NCBI RefSeq assembly: GCF_001194135.2
Contig: NC_069005.1
Coordinates: 22,117,041 to 22,159,962 of the forward strand
Reading direction: 5' to 3'
DNA from: Octopus bimaculoides
Taxonomy: Eukaryota
Length of the DNA: 42,922 nucleotides
Every line of letters starts with the position of its first letter. The stretch's first letter is position 1. The notes under the pieces were generated by a model. The model searched no databases and was not told the DNA's origin. It saw only the letters and a program-made list of their open reading frames with translations. The translations under genes and the position numbers were made by a program. Positions 24,492-36,141 of the stretch are shown here, piece by piece.

Positions 24492-24707
24492 GTTTAAAAC
24501 TTTGGCACTAGGCCAGTAATTTCGAGGCAGAGGGTAAGTCGATTACATCAACCCCAGTGTTTAACTGGTACTTATTTTATCGACCCTGGAAGGACGAAGA
24601 GCAAGTCGACTTCGGCGGTATTTGAACTCAAAGCGTAAAGTCAGAAGAAATGCCGTTAAGCATTTTCTTTTTCCGGCTCGGTAACGATTCTGCCATCTCA
24701 CCGCCTG
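24492..24707 (-). mobile_element. SINE family B
   Basis: Full head-to-tail architecture ending gccatctcaccgcc. Confidence 0.85.
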
Positions 24708-24722
24708 GATTCTGTGAAATGC

Positions 24723-24837
24723 TGGTTTCAAATTTTGGCACAAGGCCTTAAATTTCGGGTAGGTTTACGTCGATTACAGTGACACCCCAGCACTCAGCTG
24801 GTAATTATTTTATCAACCCGAAAGTATGGAAGGCAAC
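24723..24837 (-). mobile_element. SINE family B 3' half
   Basis: tggtttcaaattttggcacaaggcc...cccgaaagtatggaaggca. Confidence 0.8.
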
Positions 24838-25070
24838 TAAGTATTTAAATTAGCTTATACGCTAGAACAAGGGTCGACAAAGTGGTCATTGTTGACCCCT
24901 AGTAGGAGGTCTATGTAGCTATCCCAGGATCCAATAAAAAACCTGAAACGATTTTGACATTAAGGTTACTGAATTGATTGTGAACTCAATTGGGAAGGGT
25001 GCAGTTATTTAAGATTAAAACTTAATAATTTGCAGGCAAATAGCAATTCTGAACATATTTCACATTAAAT

Positions 25071-25286
25071 ATTGGTTTCAAATTTTGGCACAAGGCCAGA
25101 AATCTCGGGAGAGGTGCAATCCGATTACAGCAACCCCAGTACTCTGCTGGTACTTACTTTATCGACCCCGAAAGTATGAAAAGCAAGGTCGACCTCGGCG
25201 TAATATGAACTCAAAGCGTAAAGACGGACGAAATGCCGCTAAGCATTTTGCCCGACGTGCTACCGATTCTGCCAGCTCACCGCCTT
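25071..25286 (-). mobile_element. SINE family B
   Basis: Full architecture ending gccagctcaccgcc. Confidence 0.85.
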
Positions 25287-25579
25287 GATTCTATGAAATA
25301 TTAAAAAAATGATTTTAAAACTGGCAATTCTCACTGTGATAGAAATGAAACGGGACTAGAAAAATAAGAATTATTCCATGCAAAACCGATATGTTACGAT
25401 ATTAATCTTGTTTGTTATAGTCAAAGTAGCCCAGTACCCCACCGATACGTGTGTCCTTAAGGTATTTCTCAAGTAGAATTAATATGAGACAGTTGGGATC
25501 TCTGAATCATAAGTACAGCCTAACATGTATTATCATGTAAGCGGGTAAATATACTGTTAATGAAACTCTCACACACACC

Positions 25580-25582
<3 letters not shown>

Positions 25583-25658
<76 letters not shown>

Positions 25659-25664
25659 TCTCTC
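25583..25664. repeat. (TC)n microsatellite
   Basis: Directly visible. Confidence 0.95.
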
Positions 25665-26281
25665 ACACATATCTAAGTACTAAGGCCGATATAATCGCCC
25701 GTAAATCCATAAAGGTAATATCATAGCATGGCCGCTGTCCAGTGGCTAACAACAGATAAAGGAATTTATCATTATGATGAAAATTTTCATTAGCACCTAA
25801 TAACATACAAGAAGTGAGGACAGCCTTAATGTTGTAGCTTGAAGAGCTAGAAGTAACAGAGTAATCTCCCTCAAATAACACCTCACCGTCATAAAAAAAT
25901 TGGAGACGTTGAACAATATGAACAACGAAAAGCAAAACAGAAACACACGGGAGGGTCACAGATGAAAGGCCTTTTTATGTAGGTTTACTTGTTCAAGACC
26001 GACTTCATAATTAAGTTCAACAAGTTGTACAACCAAGTACAACAGCAGCACGCGCTTGAATATGCAGGTACGAAGAGAAGAAAAATACACTCACATGTAT
26101 GTATGTATGTATGTGTATATGTCATTAAAACAGTCGAACTTTCAAATGAAGAATCACACAATCTTTATTAATACGTGTGTGTGTGTGCGTGTGTGTGTGT
26201 ATGCGTGTGCGTTTTCAGAGTTTTCTTTTATCTATTATTTTTTATCTTTTACTTCTTTTACTTATATACATATACATACAT

Positions 26282-26366
<85 letters not shown>

Positions 26367-26874
26367 NNNNNNNNNNNNNNNNNNNNNNNNNNNNNNNNNN
26401 NNNNNNNNNNNNNNNNNNNNNNNNNNNNNNNNNNNNNNNNNNNNNNNNNNNNNNNNNNNNNNNNNNNNNNNNNNNNNNNNNNNNNNNNNNNNNNNNNNNN
26501 NNNNNNNNNNNNNNNNNNNNNNNNNNNNNNNNNNNNNNNNNNNNNNNNNNNNNNNNNNNNNNNNNNNNNNNNNNNNNNNNNNNNNNNNNNNNNNNNNNNN
26601 NNNNNNNNNNNNNNNNNNNNNNNNNNNNNNNNNNNNNNNNNNNAAACCATTCTCATTAACACAGCTGGGACCCTAATAGGTGCTACTACTCCAGGTACAG
26701 TTTAAAGTCATACGCAGGACGGACATACATACATACCTCAATAAAATGTAAACATAATAGACCTGACATAGTGATTTGGGAGAGTGATGTGAACTGTGTA
26801 CAGTTGTGGAAATCAGCTGCCCAGCAGATGTTAACATAAAGCTTAGTGTAAATGCAGTTTGTTAGATTGTAGTT

Positions 26875-27062
26875 TCGAATCCTGGAACGGGCAATGCGTT
26901 GCGTTCTTGAGTAAAGCACTCCATTTTACGTTGTTCCAGTCCACTTAACCGGCAAAAATGAGTAATCCTGTGACGGACAGGCGTCCTGCTCAATCGGAAA
27001 TTATATACACCGCAGAATCCAGAAAACCAGCCTTATGAGCCTATAGCTCGGATAGGATCTTT
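26875..27062 (+). mobile_element. CORE-type SINE related to family C, different tail, degraded
   Basis: B-box-like ttcgaatcc, CORE gttgcgttcttgagtaaagcac, then ccagtccacttaaccggcaaaaatgagt shared with family C. Confidence 0.6.
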
Positions 27063-27082
27063 GGTTCTCTCTTTTTTTGTTA

Positions 27083-27225
27083 TAAGCGCAGGCGTAAGAA
27101 GTTTGGTTCCAGTCCAGTCCCACTGGCATAAAACTTGAGCAACTGTCTTCTGCTACAGCCTCGAGCCGATCAAAGTGTTGTGAGTAGATTTGCTAGACGG
27201 AAACTGAAAGCCTGCTGTATATATG
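27083..27225 (+). mobile_element. SINE family A head+CORE, degraded
   Basis: gcgcagg...ccagtcccactg...cttgagcaactgtcttctgctacagcctcg...gacggaaactgaaag. Confidence 0.7.
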
Positions 27226-27403
27226 TATATAATCCTTACACATTTTTCTCTCTCTATTGTTTTCCTCTCACTCTTTTCTGTCGAAGAGCGTAGGCTTGAA
27301 GCGTCAGAGATTTTTCCATTCTTCTCGAGCGTTAAAAACTAATACACCTGCTTGTTGTTCCCTCACCTGTCTTCGTTCTTTGTTTTCTGTAAATTTGAAC
27401 TGT

Positions 27404-27451
<48 letters not shown>

Positions 27452-27926
27452 CATACACACATATAGACAGATAGATATAGATATACTGTATGTGTATATA
27501 ATATATATATACATCACACACACATACACACATCATTAGTCACACACACACACACATACACACTTCATCAATGCTGAAGTAAAATTTTCTAAGATAATAA
27601 GTACGCTATGTGTAAAGAATTTGGAAAGAACTCACTGAACGAGTTATTATTTATAGGTGTAACAGAATATATTCTCGTCAATACGCCTGGTGTTAAAACA
27701 CATGGAAGTCATAGATAAGAGATATAACTCGCATCAATTCCCATTCAGGAGCGATGGACACCATTTTCTTCTCTTACGCCTCTAAGCGCAGCCTAATATA
27801 TTACCAAGTTCAGTTAATTAATATATTAAATATTTCATACTTAAATCTCTCTGACTCACTAAATGTAGTAACTGATTATACATAAGCATAAACAGGTATG
27901 AGAATATCTGGCCTGTTGCTTTAAAC

Positions 27927-28333
27927 CAGTGGTTCTTATGGAGCCTCTCTGATTGCATGGTCGGGTCGTCAGCAGCTAGACCAATACCTTCACAAGGCTA
28001 GCCTGGTGAGGGGAGCTGCCAGAAACCCAGTATAGCTATTCTGGTAGACCTGCATAGCTATTCGATGTTTAAAAACTATTTTCATAGGTGTTTTTTTTTT
28101 TTCAAAATTCCTATTTGGTTTTTCACACATTAACTTCTGTAGGTTAAATTATGCAAAATGTTTTGAAAAGAAACTTAACTGTTCTTGCAATAAATACATC
28201 TGAAGCGAAATTTTTTCATGTTCCCCCCTTAATATACTACTTTGGATCCCCAATTCACTATTTTGCTTTCATGGACCCCCAAAAATAGTACACGGATCCC
28301 CGGGGCCATGTGGACGCCAGTTGAGAACCACTA
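27927..28333. mobile_element. hAT-family MITE (Charlie/MER5-like ends)
   Basis: Termini cagtggttct ... agaaccacta; 8-bp flanks ctttaaac / ctttaaag (7/8 match). Confidence 0.8.
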
Positions 28334-28816
28334 CTTTAAAGTCTGCTTTTATGTATTTATATATATATTAATACGCAGAGACAAACTACCATTTTAGTTT
28401 GCTCAATAGATTTAGGCTTGTGGTTCGAGTGTTTGCTGAAAATACGAACATAGGCCACGGAAAGTACATATTTATCGTCTAAATAAAGTGGCATTTAATG
28501 AAAGTGCTCAACAAATAATAAAAATTTGAACGGAACTGAACCAAAGTTCTGAACGAATAATGACAAAGAAAAGAATGAAATTCAGCCACATCCCAAAAGA
28601 AGCTATATGTATATTTAAATCGTTGCTTATGTTCCACGAAAACGTTTGTTTCTTCTTTCGCTTCTTGAGACGAAAAAGCAGAGGCCAGTGAACTGAAACT
28701 TTACATAGCAATCAGTCACCACGGTAAAAGATATAGAAGCGGCTGCGATGTCTCACTCTTCCTCTCTTTCAGTCTCTGTTTCTCTTCATGTATGCATTTA
28801 TGCATATATGGAACTT

Positions 28817-29015
28817 TCGTACAGTTCTATATCTAAGAGATGAGGAATTATGCACATTATTTACATTTGACGGATATTTGTCCTCATCTTGTTTGTTGTT
28901 ATCACAACGTTTCGGCTGATATACCCTCCAGCCTTCTTTAGGTGTCTTGGGGAAATTTCGAACCTGGGTTCTTATTCCTAAGGTATTTTTCGATGTTATT
29001 ATTATTATTATCATC

Positions 29016-29061
<46 letters not shown>

Positions 29062-29125
29062 TCACTGCCTGGAATCGAACTCGGAATCTTGGGGTTAGTA
29101 GCCCGCACTCTTAACCACTACGATA
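28817..29125 (-). mobile_element. Composite element: tRNA-like head + (TAA)n + Penelope-type tail with hammerhead-like motif
   Basis: Head cgtagtggttaag...gttcgattcc (B-box 29080-29071); (TAA)n about 28998-29057; gacac-CTAAAGA-a-ggctg..cagcc-GAAACGTT-gtgat at 28946-28901; 9-bp inverted repeat 28838-28889. Confidence 0.65.
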
Positions 29126-29515
29126 CAAGTCATGTCCACTAAGAGCCACGCCTTTAAATCGAACCTGGAATCTTACAAGAGGTAGACGAAATCGTGAACC
29201 GTACGAGTACTCAATGGCACCCATCACCGCTAGAACATATTAAAATACTCACGCACATAAACACATTCCCACATACATGCGCAGACATTTTCTTCTACGC
29301 GGCTGCCATGTAGTCTAGTTTCACTTTCGTCGATAAGATGAAAGCTATCATATTTGCTTCCAAATTCGTATGTTTATATACGAAGATACATCAGTAAAAT
29401 GTATTTTACACATAGACACACTCATACACACACACATACACACACACAATATATATATATATATATACACACACACCTATGTATATATATGTATGTAATT
29501 ATGTGTGCGTGTGTT

Positions 29516-29546
<31 letters not shown>

Positions 29547-30335
29547 NNNNNNNNNNNNNNNNNNNNNNNNNNNNNNNNNNNNNNNNNNNNNNNNNNNNNN
29601 NNNNNNNNNNNNNNNNNNNNNNNNNNNNNNNNNNNNNNNNNNNNNNNNNNNNNNNNNNNNNNNNNNNNNNNNNNNNNNNNNNNNNNNNNNNNNNNNNNNN
29701 NNNNNNNNNNNNNNNNNNNNNNNNNNNNNNNNNNNNNNNNNNNNNNNNNNNNNNNNNNNNNNNNNNNNNNNNNNNNNNNNNNNNNNNNNNNNNNNNNNNN
29801 NNNNNNNNNNNNNNNNNNNNNNNNNNNNNNNNNNNNNNNNNNNNNNNNNNNNNNNNNNNNNNNNNNNNNNNNNNNNNNNNNNNNNNNNNNNNNNNNNNNN
29901 NNNNNNNNNNNNNNNNNNNNNNNNNNNNNNNNNNNNNNNNNNNNNNNNNNNNNNNNNNNNNNNNNNNNNNNNNNNNNNNNNNNNNNNNNNNNNNNNNNNN
30001 NNNNNNNNNNNNNNNNNNNNNNNNNNNNNNNNNNNNNNNNNNNNNNNNNNNNNNNNNNNNNNNNNNNNNNNNNNNNNNNNNNNNNNNNNNNNNNNNNNNN
30101 NNNNNNNNNNNNNNNNNNNNNNNNNNNNNNNNNNNNNNNNNNNNNNNNNNNNNNNNNNNNNNNNNNNNNNNNNNNNNNNNNNNNNNNNNNNNNNNNNNNN
30201 NNNNNNNNNNNNNNNNNNNNNNNNNNNNNNNNNNNNNNNNNNNNNNNNNNNNNNNNNNNNNNNNNNNNNNNNNNNNNNNNNNNNNNNNNNNNNNNNNNNN
30301 NNNNNNNNNNNNNNNNNNNNNNNNNNNNNNNNNNN

Positions 30336-30623
30336 AAACACCTAAAGCTCCACGAGGCTCCGGCAGGGGATGGTGGTGAACCCTGCTGTACTCTTCCACC
30401 ACAACTTTCTCTCACTCTTACTTCCTGTTTCTGTTGTGCCTGTAATTCAAAGGTTCGGCCTTGTCACACTGTGTCACGCTGAATATCCCCGAGAATTACG
30501 TTAAGGGTACACGTGTCTGTGGAGTGCTCAGCCACTTGCACGTTAATTTCACGAGCAGGCTGTTCCGTTGATCGGATCAATTGGAACCCTCGACGTCGTA
30601 AGCGACGGAGTGCCAACAACAAT
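30336..30623 (+). mobile_element. SINE family C 3' part (head in gap)
   Basis: ccttgtcacactgtgtcacgctgaatatcc...gacggagtgccaacaacaa, same tail as 38994 and 39451 copies. Confidence 0.85.
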
Positions 30624-32491
30624 TAGTATATTACATATTTTTCTGTGTTTCTGTGTATTAGTATTTTTCTGTGTTTTTTCTCTGTGTTAGTATTTTTTAG
30701 ATATTTTTCATTTCACATATTTTTGGGACTCATTGACTCAGATAACTGGATTTATGATTTCACTAGGTTAATTCTATTCATAAAAATTTTAATTAGGAGT
30801 ATTTCTTAAACCGTTAGCTTCACATTTCAACAGCTTAACTGAAATTTAGCCCACGTAACAAAAACTGAGATATTGTGGAACAGAGAAACTGTAGGTGATA
30901 CAGGTAATTTGACATTATTTCAAAATTCTGCATGCAAAAACGCATACGATACAGGAATTCTTATCTTTGGGATAAATTCTTTGTTGACCAGTGTTATTCT
31001 TATCGTAGTTTACAAATCTAAGCATGAAAACGTTACTCAACTTTAGAGTTTGGGAAACAGACGCACCCTTCACACACAGAAGCGCATGAAAGCATAAATG
31101 TACATATAAACATATACATGAATACATACATCCACATGTATTTATATATTAATGATGTACACAAATACATGACAGGTATACATAATACTGAAATATGCAT
31201 AACGTAAACACATGCAGTCAAAGATATTAATATAACAACTTTAAAAAAAAATAATAAAAACATACAATGTTTGTCTTCGTCGATTGTTTACTCCTTACGT
31301 CCACTCTGTCGTTGTTTGCTAGTTCGAAGCTCTAACTCTCCATGAATTTTATATTTTTAAAATTTCTGGATGCTGCTGTCTTATGAAGTTTCCCTATAGC
31401 GTCGTTAAAAGCACGAAATAGGAGTAATAAACAGCCCGACAATTGATGATGAGTTATCTTCTTTTGGTATTTTGTCCTGTACTTATCTCTCGTGTGCTTG
31501 CGTATTTTTCACTCGTTGGTGATATCCTGTACACAATGTGTAGTTTTCATTTCATTTGTTTATAATCGAACGCTTTGACCACAGTAAGTTCGTTTATATA
31601 TAATTTCTGCGACTACACACTTTTCTTTCTTTCTTTCTCTCTATCCCACTATAACCTTCTCTGCTTCCTCTATCTTCCACTCCTCACCATCTGTCGTTCC
31701 TTCTCCCTTCTCCTCACTTCTTTTGTCTCTTTCCCTCATCCTTTCTCTTGTCCCCTTTCCCTTCTGCCTCTGTTTGCTTCTTGTTTTATGCTTTTTAAAA
31801 TGGTTTGTTTTTTCAAATATTCAAAAGCAAAATTCCTAAATCCGTCACCAATGTTTCAAGACTTTCCTCTCTTGACATTCCGGATGTGAAATGTGGAAGG
31901 TATCTCTTGCTGCTAATTCATAGTAGGCGATACTCATTTGTGTAGATTTTGCCGCGGGAATTCGAAATCTAAGCATGAGATTTATACGCTAACAGTTATG
32001 TGTTTAACTCGTCTTTCATTCTTGTGTTCATTTTAGTGCTATGTTGCATATATCGTGTATTTTAGTGGGGGAATCCTGTATAGTGTAGAGGTGTTGTCTA
32101 CTAATGTTTTTCCTCTATAGTCCGTTTGTATTTGTAGCATGTTGTTAGTGCCTTTTGTTGTTACAGTATCGTCAGCCCACGAAACAGTATTGTATTTATA
32201 TGACCTGTCTGATTGGTAGTCGAAGTAATGAATTTTACGACATACAAGTATCCAACTGAATAATGTGCTTTAGTTAAGCTTAAGAGCGGAACGTCAATTA
32301 TATACCAAGAAACCAAGTTATGTCACCCGAAGAGATGCTTCTGCACTGCGAGTTACATTGAGATTCATTGTGAAGTTTTTCACCCACGAGAGATCGGTGC
32401 AGGATGTGTCGAAACGATCGTTGTGACAAATAAAGTTTCCAGTACATTCTATCTCCCGTATCAATTATTTCTATCTTTTATCTTTTACCTG

Positions 32492-32702
32492 ATATCTTTT
32501 ACTTGTTTCAGTTGTGAGAGTGCGGCCATGCTGGGGCACCGCCTTGAAGAATTTTCAGTCGAATCAATTCATACCAGTACTTTTCCTTTTTTTTTTTTTT
32601 TGTTAAGCCTAGTACTTATCCTATCGGTCTCTTTGCTGAACTGTTAAGTTACGGGAATATATACATACCAACACCGGTTGTCAAGCGGTAATGGGGACAA
32701 AT
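32492..32702 (-). mobile_element. SINE family A tail only
   Basis: ttttacttgtttcag...gcggccatgctggggcaccgcc...ggttgtcaagcg, ends in CA-rich tract. Confidence 0.8.
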
Positions 32703-33327
32703 ATATTCACAAAGACACATACACATACACACCACATACACACACACAACATACACACACACCATATACACACCACACACACACCACATACACACCACAC
32801 ACACACCACATACACACCACACACACACACATCCAGAAGACTTAGGACGAAAGAAATTCTAGCCGTTACAATTTACTCGCTTATCCAGATAATGGTCATC
32901 GTCCTCGGAGGCTGTAGCGGTGATGGCGTGTCATCGTCATCGATGATGTTTCTAATAGTCACCAGTATGAACACCGCCCACCATAGTGCTTGTTCTTCAA
33001 ATATCCTGTGCACAAGACGATAGCAGGCCTGTCCAGCTGTTGCAACATGCCGGTACTGCATATTGTTGGGGGTCCAGTTTGATGTTTTCTATCAATGTAA
33101 CACGTGATGATGAAGATATATATGACTTGCCACGGGCTTCAGTCCCTGCGTTGAATTAGAACTCAAAACCCAGAGAGAGAGAGAGAGAGACCTGCAGCAT
33201 AATAATTCCACCAATCGACCGACCTGGATTGGTACCTTGAAAGGATGAAAGGAAATATTGGCCTCGACGGCGGCGGTGGTGAAGAGAGAAGAAGGAGGAT
33301 GAGGAGGAGAAAGAAGAAGAAGAAGTA

Positions 33328-33372
<45 letters not shown>

Positions 33373-33654
33373 GAAGAAGAAAAAGAAGAGGGGGATTTGT
33401 TTGTAGTCTGGGGTTTTTTTTCTTTTTATCGTTGATGTGTAAAATTAATTTAGTGGAGCATCCAAAAGATAAACATAAATTAACATATAATTAGATAATG
33501 TAATTCTAACGATGATTATATCAAAGCTTTGAGGTTTTATTTAATGTATTATGAGTCCACTGATGATGTTGATGAGACCACAGAAAGTTAGGCCCTGTTG
33601 CTTGTATAATTTTAATAGGGTGATTGTCAAATAATTGCAGTAGTACTAATCCTT

Positions 33655-33795
33655 AAAGCGGCGAGCTGGCAGAATCATAAGCACGCTGGTATTTCTTCCT
33701 ATTTCTATTTCTTCAAATTCCGCCGATGGTTGACTTTGACTTTCATCCTTTCGGTGTCGACAAAATAAGTACCAGTTGAGCACTGGGGTCGAGGT
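33655..33795 (+). mobile_element. SINE family B, 3'-truncated, left arm of inverted pair
   Basis: gcggcgagctggcagaatc...ttcatcctttcgg...cactggggtcga. Confidence 0.85.
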
Positions 33796-34022
33796 ACAAG
33801 GCCTGAAATTTTCGGGGAGGAGATAGTCGATTACATCGACCCCAGTGCGTAACTGGTACTTAATTTATTGAACCCCCGAAAGGATGAAAGGCAAAGTCGA
33901 CCTCGGTGGAATTTGAACTCAGAACGCAGTGGCAGACGAAATACCGCTAAGCATTTCGCCTGGCGTGCTAACATTTCTGCCAGCTGCATTTCGTCCAGCG
34001 TGCTAACGATTCCGCCAGCTCA
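33796..34022 (-). mobile_element. SINE family B, right arm of inverted pair, with short duplicated head segment
   Basis: acaaggcc...gatgaaaggcaaagtcgacctcgg...gcgtgctaac (twice). Confidence 0.85.
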
Positions 34023-34023
34023 C

Positions 34024-34025
34024 AA

Positions 34026-34077
<52 letters not shown>

Positions 34078-34092
34078 ATAATAATAATAATA
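34024..34092. repeat. (CTA)n merging into (ATA)n microsatellite
   Basis: Directly visible. Confidence 0.9.
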
Positions 34093-35250
34093 TTAATAAA
34101 TCGAGAAATCTACACACATACATACATACATATACAAGCACACAGACANNNNNNNNNNNNNNNNNNNNNNNNNNNNNNNNNNNNNNNNNNNNNNNNNNNN
34201 NNNNNNNNNNNNNNNNNNNNNNNNATATATATATAAAAGAAAAAAAGAGATGACAGAAATAAACGATTATCTTATGAACTTCATTAGCTTACAACCGTTT
34301 CCGCTATAGAACGCGGTGAATTCATTGCTGAGTGCCTGAGAAACACCGCCTATATATGTATAAATGTATACCACAAGTACAGAAGCACATGAATTAAATC
34401 CCGATAATTTTAGTTCATCTAACTGCGATATTTGATAGCCGATAGTGTACAGCGATTAAATAGATAGCTTTGCTATGACTTTGTACATATATGAATTATA
34501 TACACAAGAAGAACAGACCTGAAAGCCCTCAAAACTTGTTAGAGTTTTGTATTGATTATTTGTTTACTGCTGTCTGGATAGCAATTTTTATTTCATTCAC
34601 CTGGGAGTAAGTGCTGAAGTTTATCAGCTATGTTTATAAAGGTTTTTGTGATTCAAATTAGTTAAGAATTTGCAGTGTTATTGGTAGCAGTAATTATGCA
34701 GGGTGTGTGTCTGTCATTGATACTGCTGTTGTCAACTGTAGATGCATGGCCTTTGTGCCAATCTCAGAAACCATTTCTAATATCTTTACTTTAGCATCTA
34801 CGCCATCATGTTGTCATCCGATCAATTTTCTCTTCTCTTTTACATATTGACGGATTCTACTCTCATGTTTGTATTTTATACAACTAGATTGTATCTTCCT
34901 GGCCAGAATGCTCTTTGATTTCGCTGGATATACTATTGATATATCTACTATATAAATTCGAATAAATATATAATAAATGCATCTACTACATAAATGCTAG
35001 TGTATGCGGTTATGTATGAGTTTTTAACCCCGAAAGGCTTTGAAACAGTGCGTCCTGGAGAAAAACGTATTTCATTTTTGAAATATGCCTCCCAAAGAGA
35101 ATGTTGTCCGTAAATAATAATTTACTACAGAAATAGCTCAACTTTTAGATCTACAAATTTCCTACTCTCTATCTGTCACCATCATTTATCTCTCTCTATC
35201 ATTTACCACACTATCATTTACCACACTAACATTCTCTCACTGTATATGTA

Positions 35251-35288
<38 letters not shown>

Positions 35289-35635
35289 GCTTTCATTTTG
35301 TTTAAAACTTCGTCTTCTAATATTTATTTTCATATTATCACAGCTATCACGTACAAACCCTGTTTTCTGATTGGGCAAAAATGATGAAATTTAGACCGCT
35401 GTAGAATTTTTCTAAAGATTTTCTGTAATAAATGAATTGCAAATTCGGATTCAGTGTGAAAAGAATATCAATGTGCCAAATTTGAAGATTTTAATTTAAT
35501 TTTAAGATTTCAAAATTTGTGATAGCAATAGAAGAGATCGTTCATTTTTCGCTTTTCTTATGGTAAACTTTCCCCTCTCTCAATATATATTTACCACACT
35601 CTCTCTCACTCTCTATAAAAGTATATAGCTCACGC

Positions 35636-35704
<69 letters not shown>

Positions 35705-36141
35705 ATGTGTGTATATGCATCTGCGTACAGAATTTGATTAGGGCGTCAGAGTGACTTTTAAAAAGGTATGTAAAAGATAATTTATTTTAATAGTATACTT
35801 TTCTGTTAATAAATATATTTTTTTTTACACACACACACACACAGTGTAAGTGTAATTGTTATATTGGCTATACTTTTGCGCCGGCTCACCTAGCACTTAC
35901 GTAGCAATTCTCCTCTTGGGACTATGAATTGTGTGCTCATTTTTTTCTGTTCGGTCATATTTCAGTTGTAAGTGAAAATTGTTACTGAGTTCTTGGCAGA
36001 AGTATAATTTGATTACTATAGTTTTTATTTATTTATTTATTTATTTATTTTCAGTTTAGGAATTATTGTGGGTTTTAAACGGAAGTTAGTATTGAATTTA
36101 CACTATACTAAGTGTACAGTATATTGTAAAATATTGACTAT

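Noticed and set aside
25663-25760. Protein-like minus-strand frame TGQRPCYDITFMDLRAIISALVLRYV
   Set aside because: Its start (ccactggacagcggccatgct) resembles the family A tail motif cattggactgcggccatgct, so it is more likely a decayed SINE remnant.
29058-29125. Possible tRNA-Ser(ACT) gene
   Set aside because: No acceptor stem, only 3 bp of anticodon stem and no T-run terminator; treated as a SINE-type head.
501-30482. Long ORFs containing runs of X (e.g. 10703-11947, 19794-20819, 29354-30379)
   Set aside because: They are open only because they cross N-gaps.
33290-33390. Acidic-looking E/D run
   Set aside because: (GAG)/(GAA)/(GAT)n microsatellites next to a SINE B fragment; no coding context.
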